A stretch of 64,000 bases of DNA. Source: Podarcis tiliguerta. Taxonomy: Eukaryota. The DNA lies in the NCBI GenBank assembly GCA_965153285.1, contig OZ229110.1, one strand, 5' to 3'. The notes beneath the pieces were generated by a model. The model saw nothing but the letters and a program-made list of their open reading frames with translations, searched no databases and had not been told where the DNA came from. Each line of letters begins with the position of its first letter. Positions within the stretch are counted from its first letter, which is position 1. Positions 11,176-23,919 of this stretch are shown piece after piece. The position numbers and the translations under genes are program-made.

Positions 11176-14113
11176 CTGAGTAAGTGAACATGCTTTAGAT
11201 TGCACATTTCTAAAAGCAGCTCAAAAACTTGATCATGACAGAGCACAGCAGGCGGGGGAGTACACTAAAACATATATTCTCCTTCTTACTAGTACTGAAG
11301 TTAACACACACAAAATTCTAAGGCTACATGGATAATATGGTTTGCCTCCGTGCCACGTTCTTCAGGTACGATTAAATTCCCTTTTGCTGCGTAATGATGC
11401 AGAAGCCATCTGCAGAGGTGGCGGGGAGAAATTAATTGTGATCCGCTGCTTCATGGGTAAGAAGCTCAATTCATTAAGATTTTAAGACTCAGTAAAAATT
11501 CCCTGGGTTAATCATTACTTAATTTATTTACAGTATATATCACTGTGCACAGGGCGGGCGGAATATAACAAGGTGGAGAAGAGCAATGTAAAAAATATTT
11601 TCTTCTGTGTATTAGCCTTTGCCCATATTGCATGGATTATTCTTTCGTTTTGCTTGGTTTTGGAGAGGAGGGGGACCAATATTTCATCCTGGTCCTATGT
11701 GCCAATCATTCAGGTCACCCCCTGCTTATAACTCTGTCCCCGTTTTATGCTAATGACTGCAGCAACAGGTTTGGCATTGTCGGTTTCATATATCTACCAG
11801 TCAGCAAATTTAGGGTATGTTTTAGCTGATACAGCAGACACTATTCTTTAAAGCTGGAGCACTGTCAACACACAGCTCATTACTATAGAAAATGTGCTGT
11901 GATGAATCTGTCTTGCTTCATATTTCATCTCGTATCACACTGCTGGTGTATTCAGCTGGATGGTGAAGAGGGTAAACAGCTGAAGGCCAGGTCTGTCAAA
12001 AAAGCAGCAACCTCAAGCTGACTTGTGTAGTTTCCCATAGTGTTATATACAGCTGTCCGTTCTTTTGTCCTCTGTGGCAGGCCTGTCCTCTTACATAGGT
12101 TCCTTCTAGATGCTTCCTGGAAAGGCAATGGTAAACCACGTGGTGGAAATATCCAAGGGGCACCATCTGGATATCTGCAATTGTCGTTCAGACACTCTTG
12201 TGAATGGATAGAAACAAAACATAGGACCAGTGAGTGTGGTAACAATGAGTGTCCATGAACTTCTCTTTCCAAACCTCCTGTAAGTGCCAGCAGTACAATG
12301 CTTGCTTCATTCAAAGTCCACTTTCCTCAGCAACCCCAGTCTGTCATACCAATGGTTCCCTCCTTCCATGTTCCCAGTTGCTCACTCAAAGCAGCTGGCT
12401 TTAAAAATAAACTGGGAGAGCCACCCTGTCCCCACATGTCTTCCTCAAGTTGTGACCCAAAGGGCAGATACCCTTTGGTGTCTCCTTTTCAGGGTCAACC
12501 CAGGCAAGTGTCAGCCCTGCCAGAAATGACTCACCACCCACCATCAGGTCAGCTTTGACCGACCTTGCCCAGAAGAGCTCCACCATGGCCGCCTTCATAT
12601 TGGAAAATGATACTCCAGCCAGCTTCACATCGCTGTTGCTCCATCACTCGCCGATGTCCTCAGCACTCACACACACTCCAAACAGAAGTGACAACTGACA
12701 AAGCCAACCAGGAAACATTTAGCAAGACAACCCAAATCTACAACCCGGTTGAACAGCTTATAGGGATTTGGGTTGACATCTTTCAAGAGATTTCAATGGG
12801 AACTGGTCGTCTTGATTAAAGTATATTTTCTTAGGCGGGCTGCAGATGACAACTGCAGTTGATTAGGCTGCAATCCTGTGCACACTTACTGAGGAATAAG
12901 TTTCACTGAACTCAGTGGGACTTTCTTCTCACTAGAAATGAAAAGATTGCCCTGTTAGCCATTGTCAGGAAAACTATTTGAGGGGCTCCATTCGTTTTGC
13001 CTGCAGCCTTAAAGCATTAGCTGTCAACCCTCTCTCTCTTCAGCCTCCTTGACTTCAATCTCCTGCTATGAACCCCAGCTGAACTTCTATTAAAGCATGG
13101 ATCTGGAAAAAGGTTGCACAAACACAATGTGGCCTAAGTATTTCAGCCTAAATTCTATCATGCAGATGGGGGGCGGGGGAAGCAGCAGACTGTCACAATG
13201 CAACCATTCCTTTAAGAGGGTAAAATGTGTTGCCAAATGCTGCTAAGAATGTATGTCATTTGCAAGGAGCACCAGTAGACAAACAGCATTTTAAGCCCTA
13301 GTGAGCAATTTGGTCTAGATTAACGCTGCTTACTTCAAGCCGTCACACCAGCAAGTGAAAGCAGACTGGTTAATTCCTGGAGGCAGCCAAGAAACATTAT
13401 TGGAAACATGTGGCGACTTTTGCAATGGGTTTACCTAAACTTATTTGGCCTTAAGTTGGCCAATTCCCTCCCCTTTCTGGTGTTGCGGGAAGACTCTAAA
13501 ACTAAAGATCTCATTCAATATTTTCCATAATGAGAGCCAAATTCTGCCTTCAGATACTTGCTCTGCAGTTATGCAAATGCATTCAAAAGGCAGGATCATG
13601 GGACTTAAGATTCTTGTCTTCCTTAGCACACTGAATTCTAATTAATGAAGGATGTAAAAACAGAACAGCCTTTTTACCCTGAGTTCCTTGAGGGGTCTGC
13701 ACCCCTTCCCTAACCCCATAAAATAGTTACAGAGTTATTACAATTAAAAGTTCTGAGAATAGAACTATAAGTATCATTTCTGGTATGAGGTAAAACTCTT
13801 TTTCTAATAAAAAGTAGGTTAACACGAAGTGGTGAAAAATTAGAAATAAAGAGCAATGAAAGCACAAGTGTCCACTAATTTAGACTCCATGGTCTGGAGG
13901 ATCAGGAACAATCCCCGCACTTGCACAATTCCCAACTTGTCCTCCGCTCCTCTCCTCATACATTAAACCTACTGGGCAACATCCAGACGTGAATAAATCG
14001 GAATCCACTATTACTTCCAAACCAGCAAACTACCATATGCCCATGGCCCTCAAAACCACGATTGCACTAACCACTCTTATTTCTTGAAGATCCTGGGCTT
14101 GGTCTACATATGC

Positions 14114-14347
14114 CAGGCATGTACAAAGCCATTTGTGGGGGCTAATGCTGCCCACCGGTTGGTTTAATCCAGCCCTGTGGCAGTTTATTTCCTAGGGTAA
14201 AATCCTAAAAAAACCCACCCACAACTCCAACCCCCCAAAAAGCTCAATAACTTCAATCCTTAAAAACGGTCAACAACTTTGGTCGGCCCCCATGGCCCTT
14301 CACTTCCTCAAATCTGGCCCTCTTTGAAAAAAGTTTGGACACCACTG
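14114..14347 (-). mobile_element. hAT-type MITE (reverse copy of the 42771 family)
   Basis: caggcatgtacaaag at one end, aaagtttggacaccactg at the other; shared ggtttaatccagccc and tttatttcct interior. Confidence 0.75.
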
Positions 14348-14483
14348 AAAGAACGAAGTAATCTAGAATGGGCTGCACCACTACAGAATATAGGTAGGAA
14401 CATTTCCCCCCTGCTTGTTAAAAGAAATCCCGTAAGGATGGAGGGAAACCACCTCATTTGGGAGAAATATTTTATACCAGCTT

Positions 14484-14840
14484 AAAAAGGTAAAGGTAAA
14501 GGACCCCTTTCAGTTAAGTCCAGTCGCGGATGACTCTGGGGTTGCGGCGTTCATCTCACTTTACTGGCCGAGGGAGCCGACGTTTGTCCGCAGACAGTTT
14601 CTCTGGGTCATGTGGCCAGCATGACTAAGCCGCTTCTGGTGAACCAGAGCAGTGCACGGAAACCACCGGAGCAGTACCTGTTCATCTACTTGCACTTTCA
14701 CATGCTTTCAAACTGCTAGGTTGGCAGGAGCTGGGACCAAGCAATGGGAGCTCACCCCGTTGCGGGGATTTGAACCGTCAACCTTCTGATCAGCAAGCCC
14801 TAGGCTCAGTGGTTTAGACTACAGCGCTACCCGCTGTCCC
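14484..14840 (-). mobile_element. Sauria SINE, near full length
   Basis: A/B-box head, (ACCTTT)n tail, TSD ttataccagct at 14472-14482 and 14841-14851. Confidence 0.93.
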
Positions 14841-16315
14841 TTATACCAGCTAACTTCTGACTAAATAATGTACCTGCACATTATGTTTGCTTTTCACACA
14901 GGAGATGAGTTTTTTTAAAAAAGAAAATGTATCCCTCACCTGTAGTCTGGAGTGAAAAACAGAGCATTCTCTCACCCAAGACCTCCATCCCTTCATTCTT
15001 CTGCACATGTAAACAACACATCAAAGTTACCTTTACAGTTGGACACTGTAGTTGGGAATCACAGTTGGACAATCATAATCTGGCGTATGAAAATCCAAGG
15101 CTCTATTTATACAGTAAAGTAACACACATGATGGCATCTGTCCCAAAACAAAGATCCCAAGAAAAGTAGAGTCAAGTGATATAGATCATTGAATTCAAAA
15201 CATGACACCTTAATTACAGATTTAGATGGCTGCATTATTTCATGACTATTGCACCATAAATGCTGCAGGCACAAAATGGTGGCTCTCCCCTAAACCCATA
15301 TCTCTCTTGCAATAATTTGCTTGTCATTGTGCCCAACGGGCATAAAACAAGTGGATTTCTACAAGTGAATTTAAGTGAATTTACTGCATGTCAAAACTCC
15401 CCAAAAGAACACACCATGACTTCATATGTAATTGCTTGCGACAAAACAAGGGATAAAAATGATCTGACTCCACCAAAGTGTTTCAAATATAAATTCAAGA
15501 CATAAACAAGATGAATCTTGATTTTGCTAATCATTGGGAGAATGGCTTCCAGGAGGATGTGGCCCCTAATGCCAGAATTCACTTCAGTACAAACTGATGT
15601 TGCTTCATTCACAAATAACAGTACACCAAGAAACCATATCATCTACCAGCTACATGCTGGTACACAGAGTCCAATCACCCATGTTTGACTCTTCCCTTCA
15701 TAAATAATCATGGTTTAATTTCAGGCTGGCTAGCCACCCTGGCTTGCAAGGAAGAAACAAACCATGGTTCTGGATTCAGATCCATTACTAAGCTATCCCC
15801 TTTCTGGTTTGTTTACCCCTTCATGTCCCAAGACAAGAGCAAATCAGAATAATTGTGAACAGTATGGTTTATTAAGCCAAGGTTCCTCATTTACCATTGC
15901 ATATGAACACTAGTCTTAAATAGGTCTTCTCCTCTTTCCCAGCAGCCTAGAAATCGACAAGTCATCCAGTGGAATGATCAGTCAGCTGGAGTTGAGAAGA
16001 CATACTAAGAAAACTGGCACCTTATCCCTGACCAAGGTTCCCATTATTTTCTGCACTTCAAAATTACTATTATTTCCAGAGAATTTTCAAATCAGCAAGC
16101 AAAATGCTTAAAAGAATTGGCTTATGAAAAGTTCCCTCTGAGTCAACATTGTAATCTTGGGTGGGGAAAATGTTGCCATAATTGTTGAGGTGGGAAATGG
16201 AAACAAAATGTTGATCGTTTTCTATTCCAGACAGACTTTACAACAAGCCCTCAAAGGGGGTTTACTGTTTCAAGGCTCTTACAGCTGGCGAGTCTTGTAA
16301 AATACAGGTACAGTA

Positions 16316-16541
16316 CAGTGGTACCTCGGGTTAAGTACTTAATTCATTCCGGAGGTCCATTCTTAACCTGAAACTGTTCTTAACCTGAAGCACCACTTTA
16401 GCTAATGGGGCCTCCTGCTGCCGCCGCGCCGCCGGAGCCCGGTTTCTGTTCTCATCCTGAAGCAAAGTTCTTAACCTGAAGCACGATTTCTGGGTTAGCA
16501 GAGTCTGTAACCTGAAGCGTATGTAACCTGAGGTACCACTG
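16316..16541 (+). mobile_element. Tc1/mariner (Tigger/pogo-like) MITE
   Basis: TIRs cagtggtacctc / gaggtaccactg, TA duplication on both sides, internal taacctgaa repeats. Confidence 0.9.
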
Positions 16542-19253
16542 TATTTCCTGGCTGATCTTTCGCTTTAAAAAATAAAATAAAATATGTGGTCACTTCTGTG
16601 CATTGGGAGGGGTTGAGTCCCATACTGAAGTCAACAAATGGATTCCTCTTCACATGTCTCTTTAGTTATGTGACTATTTTTCTGCCCAACCCCGTTTCCC
16701 CAAATTCAGGTGCACACACATGCACATACCACTGATCTGAAAATGAGGGCATGGATAAGAGCTTATAACACGATATTGTGGGGAAAATGTGCTTCATCAT
16801 ATGCAGTGTATTAAAAACCACTGATATGTATGTATGTATGTATATGTATGTCTGTGCATACACACATTTCTATTACCTTTATAAAACCATGAGACTGCAT
16901 CATTGCTAGCAATCAAATATTTGCCAAGCACAAGTCATACCTGAAATAGGCAAGTCTAATGCTGATTTCAAATGATTTTCTTCCTCCTTATGGGAATTAA
17001 GAATTAAGCAAATACCTTTATATATTGGCATGGTAAAATCCTGACTACTTGCTGAGTTCTCTCTGAGGCAGTACTACTTCTTCAGTGCTATGTCTAATTA
17101 AAGCAGTATATCTCTGAATATGCATATTACCCTCCATCTTCCTCATTACCTGCTCCTCTTTCTTTATTTTAAATTGCTGCAAGGCCTGCCACAGATTCTG
17201 TATTGATACTGGAAATTTGCCCACCAATCTCAAATGTAAGGCTCCATCAGCAGCAGGAAAGTACAAACCACGGGAAGTTAAGACCAAGGGAATTCCTTAG
17301 CTGTTGTCCAACATGAGCTATCTGAATGCTACAATCAATCAGCATGAATTGTAAGGGGTTCCCAAGTAATTCCAGGAACGTACTGAAAAATTATACAAGA
17401 AGGGCTTCCCCCAAAGACAGCTCCACATGGATTATATGGCCAACCAAACAACTGAGAATGTATCTGCTCCAGTTAGCCCTTCCAGCTCAAAACAATACGT
17501 AATTATGTATTCCTGTTTCCCAAGTCGAATGGTGATATTTTAAAAAGGCAGGGTGCCTGCAGTTTTGGTCTTCCTAAAAGAAAATGGCATTTTGGAATGC
17601 ATTAACAAAGTCTTCTTTCTAAAAAGGGATCTTTATAACGGTTGCCAAATATCACTGGGGGGGGGGGATTCTAAATGACAGGCAAATATTTCCAAGACTC
17701 GTATTTTTATAACTGCTGGAGATTGGGAGAAGGGTTAAAAGGAATGTGAGACCACCAAAAACACAAATAGTGATTACTTTAAAATAATACACAGAAATAG
17801 ATGTTAAACCCCTCAAGGCTTGTCTTGCTGTCAGCATCGTTCCTGTTCACTCCTCAAGTACCCTAGATTCACACAGGACCATGCACGAACACACATGAAA
17901 CTAGGCAGCTACATAGTTCTTGCTGATTTCATAGTGATGACGGAGCGGAGAACTATTCCCATACTATAAGCATAAGCACATAGGAAGACTGGACATGGCC
18001 AAAGGTGCATCTAATCTAGCCTTCTCTTCTCACAGTGACCAGCCAGGTGCCTATGGGAAGTCTGCAAGCAGGACCAGAGTTCAGCTGCCTTGGAAAACCA
18101 GGCCAAAACCTAACCAAACTCTAGGTTTATTTATTTATTTATTTAATTTATATATATTCTTATATTTATATCCTGTCTCTCTCCATCATGGAACCCAAGG
18201 CACCTGAGGTGGTCAACAACCCAAGTGCTGACCAGACCAAGACCTACTCAGCTTCAGCAAGGCCTTGTGTGCCTTCAGACCTGGGATATATATTTGTGAT
18301 ATGCCTTCAGGCCTTTAGTCTATATTCTGCTGTACTGCGCCCATCTGTCTCCATCATCTTCATCCTCTGTTTTACAATAACCTATGTGGTTTACATTCCC
18401 CACCCACACACCAAAAGTGAATTTGTTCTCTATAGGCTCACAGCAGACGGCAATCTTGTTTCTAAAATGAGGAGCAAGTGGCTACTTGCTGGTATCTCCC
18501 TCCCACGTTTACAAATTATAGCAAAATATGTTACTGACAGGTGGAGGCTACTCCTAAAATAGGAAGAACTAATCTAGCTACTGTAACTTCAAATCCATAC
18601 ATAGCTACTGAGTGTTTTAAAGGGGATGGGAGGGGGGAAACCACATGAATAGGACAGATTCGCAGGTCATATTTTTAGAAGTTTAACAACTGCCAAATGG
18701 TGCATACGTATATTTTATATCTGCACACCAGATGTGGGTTTAAGATATTCTCCAAGCGCACCATTAGCCAACACCCCGCCCCACAAGATGTTAAGAGCAC
18801 TTTATCATGTACAACTGATCCAAAACTTGAGATTTCTTTAATGAACTGTTACGCTTCCTCTCATCCAAGATTATGTGAAGTTCTGGGAATGTGAGGGGGA
18901 AGAGAAGAAATCATTCAGTAATCTCACTATGCAAGTGGAGGGGCAGTTCACATGAGGTTCCTATTGTACGTGGCCTACACACAGTAGGGTCATATCCACC
19001 TGCCCACAAACCCCCATGAGCTTATCTCCCTCAAAAGCAGAGTTTAAAGACCATGTTTGCTGTGTCCGTTATGTGTTGGCCCTACTACAACAATGCGAGT
19101 GTATGCCAGAACTTCACAGCTAAGGTTGAATCTTTACAACAAAGAAATGGTGCTGGTTGGAAGGTCCAAGGGTCTGGTACCGAGGGAACTACTCATTACC
19201 AATGGTGTATATATTACCCTATGCAAGTAGTTGTGCTGCTGGACCTGACCTTA

Positions 19254-19608
19254 GGTAAAGGTAAAGGGACCCCTGACTGTTAGGTCCAGTCGTGGGCGAC
19301 TCTGGGGTTGCGGCGCTCATCTCACTTTAGTGGCTGAGGGAGCCGGCATACAGCTTCCGGGTCATGTGGCCAGCATGACTAAGCCGCTTCTGGCAAACCA
19401 GAGCAGCGTATGGAGAGAACCGTTTACCTTCCCGCCGGAACGGTACCTATTTATCTACTTGCACTTTGACGTGCTTTCGAACTGCTAGGTTGGCAGGAGC
19501 AGGGACCGAACAATGGGAGCTCACTCCATCGCAGGGATTCGAACCAGCGAACTTCTGATCAGCAAGTCCTAGGCTCTGTGGTTTAACCCACAGCGCCACC
19601 CGCATCCC
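19254..19608 (-). mobile_element. Sauria SINE, full length
   Basis: Intact B box (ggttcgaatccc on minus); 13-bp TSD ggacctgacctta at 19241-19253 and 19609-19621. Confidence 0.95.
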
Positions 19609-20640
19609 GGACCTGACCTTAAGTTTGGATAAATCCTGAAGGAGCCAGGATTAAATTATCAGGTGGAGCAGAAAGAGCGAACAGAGCTCAGCAAAGATGG
19701 ATGAAAGAACACTCCCACCTCAAAAATGCTTTCAACATTCATTTAAGTCCAATGATTCCATTATTACTCTTTCTATAGGTTTTTGCCACTACCAGCATAA
19801 GGGCCACCCATCCTGTTTTGCCGCCTGAGGCAAAATGGGAAGGTGCTGCCCTGTGCTCCCACTGCCCACATTGCTGCCCTGCCAGAGCCCAGCTTCCCAG
19901 TGTTGTGTGGCCACAGCTTCCGGCAAGCTCTCACAAGAGCCCCTCAAAATCATGTAGAGGTCTCTGGAGGCCTCTGTGTGATCTTGCTGGGCTCTCATGA
20001 GATCTTGCCAGAACCTGGAAGCTGCCACAGCCTCTTCTTCTTACTTTGCCAGGAGTGGGGCACCCATTCCTTGGATTCTGCCTCAGTGTGCCTCGTGGAT
20101 GAGCCAGCTCTGACAGGTGTCCATCTCAATTCTGCAGCCTCTGAAAGCACCCTTAGAATATGTTGTTTAGAGTTCTTTACTTGTTAACAGTAGAAGTAGA
20201 AGGGAAATGTTCAGTATGTTCACTTTTAAAAGGCACAAAGTCTTTTTTTATAACAAAAAAATCCCCACCCTTTAACTAAAGGGTGGCTTTATTTTGCTGT
20301 TATGTTGCCTGCTATGTCTAGGCAACTGTCTCCAGATTTGCCTATAAATCTTCATTTGTGTTTGCCTGTGGTATTTGAAGCCCCCAGGCACAACCGCAAA
20401 CTTCTATCATTTTTATTCCCCACCTTCTCTTTTTAAAGCACATTTTACAGACAGCAGTCTACCACTATATGCTGTGTTGAGTGAAACTATTAACATGGAC
20501 CAATCAACAGCTAGTGTTGCATCATGGTACTTACTTATTAATTAAAATTATATATAACCCCCACCTTTCAGGATACAAATCTTTCCAAGTAGGCCTACAA
20601 GTAAGCTTAAATGGAGTCTTTTAAAGCCAGTATAAGCAGT

Positions 20641-20752
20641 AAAGGTAAAGGAGCAACAGGAGCTCACCCCGTTGCGGGGATTCGAACCGCCGACCTTCTG
20701 ATCGGCAAGTCCTAGGTTCTGTGGTTTAACCCATAGCGCCACCCATGTCCCT
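20641..20752 (-). mobile_element. Mini Sauria SINE: tRNA head joined directly to the tail
   Basis: About 100 bp head with A/B boxes followed by ctttaccttt; 13-bp TSD agtataagcagta at 20629-20641 and 20753-20765. Confidence 0.9.
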
Positions 20753-22102
20753 AGTATAAGCAGTACCAATGTATAAAAAGTAATCAGGATCCTTCCTACG
20801 GGACAGTTGGAGGGAGATGGCCCTGTGGAGCATGGGGAAGGTGTATTATGTTGTCTTTGGCAACCCATCAGTAGAAATGTCACATTTCGCCTTCATTATA
20901 TCCTGCTTGATTCCTGCATTGCAGGAGGCTGGACTGGATGACCCTTCAAACTCCACGATTCTCTGCTTCGTCCTCTGCAGTAGAATAATATGTATATAAC
21001 CAGCAGATAATAAGGAGCATTATTCCAGTGACATTATTCCACCAACACTCCCCTCCACTTTCCATTTCTGTGCTCCAGTCCACTAAGCAAACAGCTCTGC
21101 ATGGTTGCAGATCTGCATACTAAATTCAATCAGAAGTGACTTTCGCTCATTACAGGACAGTCTTGTGGCATTACTCCCACCTCAAATCAGCAGAACATGA
21201 GGCATTGGGAAGCCAAGCAACAAGTCAGAACTACAACTCTAGCTGCAATCCTACACACAGTTCCCTGGGAGTAACCTCCACTGACCTCAATGGGACTGTG
21301 TAGTGAGTAATGTACAGAACATACTTCTTAGTAATGAGTAACACTGATTTATTAATTTGAACTACTGATTTATGATGTATTTTGTATCTGTTTTGTGGAT
21401 GTTGATTTTATGCTGTTCATTGCCATTATATTTTTTTTCTTAACATTGGTGGTATGGATATTTTTGCAAATAAGTAAAATAAGCACGCATAGGATTGCAC
21501 TGACAAGCACCTAATCAAGATACCATATTTTAGCTCTATAAGACTGCCTTTTTCTCTCCTACAAAGTAAGGGGAAGTGTGTGTGCATCTTATGGAGCGAA
21601 TGCAGGTTGCGCAGCTATCCCAGAAGCCAGAACAGCAAGAGGGATTGCTGCTTTCACTGTGCAGTGATCCCTCTTGCTGTTCTGGCTTCTGAGATTCAGA
21701 ATATATTTTTTTTCCTTGTTTTCCTCCTCCAAAAACTAGGTGCGTCTTGTGGTCTGCTGCGTCTTACAGAGCAAAAAATATGGTAATTGTAATGGCTTAC
21801 AGCAATAATCAGGACATAGAAGGAGTGAGCTGTCCAGAAATATAGATTGTGAAGAATACTAAAAAGAGAGAGAGACACCAAGGAAAGGAAATTAGAAGCA
21901 TTTGATTTCCTCAAAGTACCTTCACAGTTTCTTTGAATCATGGCTATGGTGTTTGTAGAAAGAACAGTGATATTGAAAACAGGACAGCTGTTGGGAAAGG
22001 CAAAAAAAATGAAATCTACATACTGTATATCAAGAAAGTGATTTTCCTTCCTTGCTTCTTTTATAAAGAAATATAGGAGCAAGGCAGTCAGAAACCTAAA
22101 TA

Positions 22103-22328
22103 CAGTGGTACCTCGGGTTACATACGCTTCAGGTTACAGACTCCGCTAACCCAGAAATAGTGCTTCAGGGCAAGAACTTTGCTTCAGGATGAGAACCGAA
22201 ATCATGCTTCGGCGGCGCGGCAGCAGCAGGAGGCCCCATTAGCTAAAGTGGTGCTTCAGGTTAAGAACAGTTTCAGGTTAAGTACGGACCTCCGGAACGA
22301 ATTAAGTACTTAACCTGAGGTACCACTA
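22103..22328 (-). mobile_element. Tc1/mariner MITE, same family as 16316, opposite orientation
   Basis: TIRs and TA flanks; reverse complement of the 16316 copy. Confidence 0.9.
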
Positions 22329-23827
22329 TACGTATTTCAAACAATGAAATGTGCTTTATTGAAATGACCGTCTCTTTGAACTAAAGCTATTCTCACCACA
22401 CATCTTCTTCTGGTTCAAAATGTCAAAAGAACCTTCCCAACCCCAATAACCTGTATTGAAACTCAAAGCCATAAAGACTATTGTAACATCACACAACCAT
22501 AAGATGTTACTGCATATTGCACAGGATTACAAAGTAGTAGATCCTACACTCTCTCTCAGCCTGGATCCCATATGGATCCTACACTCTCTCAGCCTGTCAG
22601 AGAAATATGTGCAAAGCATTCACATGCTCCATCATGAGGGAAACAAGAAAACTTTATAAACTACAGCAAGAAATCAGCACAAGAGAACACAAAGGAGTTG
22701 CAAAAACTCTTTTAAGGGTAGGAGGTGTCTGCAATTCTACATTCTCAAAAGCACATACACACACATTATGGGCATGATGCTCATGGCTTTTGAGATTCAA
22801 GCATTATCCAGAAAACACATCAAAAATTTCATTTTCTTTTTCTGGCTCAGGTCTCCTCGTTCTCATAATGTGGGGTATAGATTGGGGAGTCTCTCAGGAA
22901 ATATGAACAAGGGCTGTTTGCAGCAGTTGCGCACCTGCACATTTGCTCTCCTGATCCTGACTTTATGGCTGGCCACACACACACCACATCCCCTAGGTAA
23001 AGCATCTAAAACAAGCTACTTCCCAGGCATAAGCAAGGAAAGACAACAATGGTACGATGGGAGTGCAACACAGCAGGTGCTTTGTATGTAATTAAGGATC
23101 CAAAGTTCAACCCCTGACTTTTCCAGTTCAAATGGTTTCAAGCAGAACAGCTGGGAAGAACCAATTTTTTTAGACCCTAAGAGCTGCTGTCGCCCAGCTT
23201 AGACAATACTGGACTAGGTGACCTACAGTCTGACTCAGCAGAGGGCAGCCTCATCTGTTAATTGTTGGTGCTGTTCCCAGGAGTTGTACACAAAACGTAC
23301 TTGGCAACAGTGTCTACAAAGATTTGTGTAACTCGTTTAATTCAGCTGCCTTGAGTTAATGTTGCTTCATTTTGAGAAGCAGCTGCATTTGTGGGTTAAC
23401 AGTTCATACATTCATACGTTCTGGGTTTATGGCTATTTTTTCTATATGTGGTGCCACTCCAAAGTCAGCCAAAGAGCTGAGAGGCGGTGGCTTTATGGCA
23501 GGCAGGGTTAGGGGGCGGCAGGAGGGGAGAGGACTTCTGCTTTCCATGTCAAATTATCCCTCTAGGCCAACACCTAATTGGTGGCTTATTAATAGGACAG
23601 GATGAGGGAGGGATAATAATCCTTGCTATGCAAAAGACAGCAGACAAAAGGTGGGACAAATGACTTTCTTTGCCTTCCTAATGCTTGCCATTAAAACAAA
23701 AACAAAAAAACAGAAAATGAGGCACAAAGGCAGCCACTGTGTTGCCCCTATGGAAAGTAATGACTCAAGTGTTTTCTTCCTCTTTGATTGTTAGAAAAAC
23801 GTTGCATGCACATGCATGTTGCGCACG

Positions 23828-23871
23828 CACACACACACACACACACACGAAGGATAAGAAAAGCCTTCAGT

Positions 23872-23903
<32 letters not shown>

Positions 23904-23919
23904 TATCTCTCTCTCTCTC
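23828..23919 (+). repeat. Compound microsatellite (CA)n, (TTTC)n, (TC)n
   Basis: Read directly. Confidence 0.9.

Noticed and set aside
16316-16541. Spaced taacctgaa repeats resembling a CRISPR array
   Set aside because: Vertebrate DNA; irregular 9-bp repeats inside a TIR/TA-bounded MITE, with no cas genes.
19500-19608. tRNA-like A/B boxes here and in other SINE heads
   Set aside because: These are SINE heads with TSDs and LINE-derived tails, not tRNA genes.
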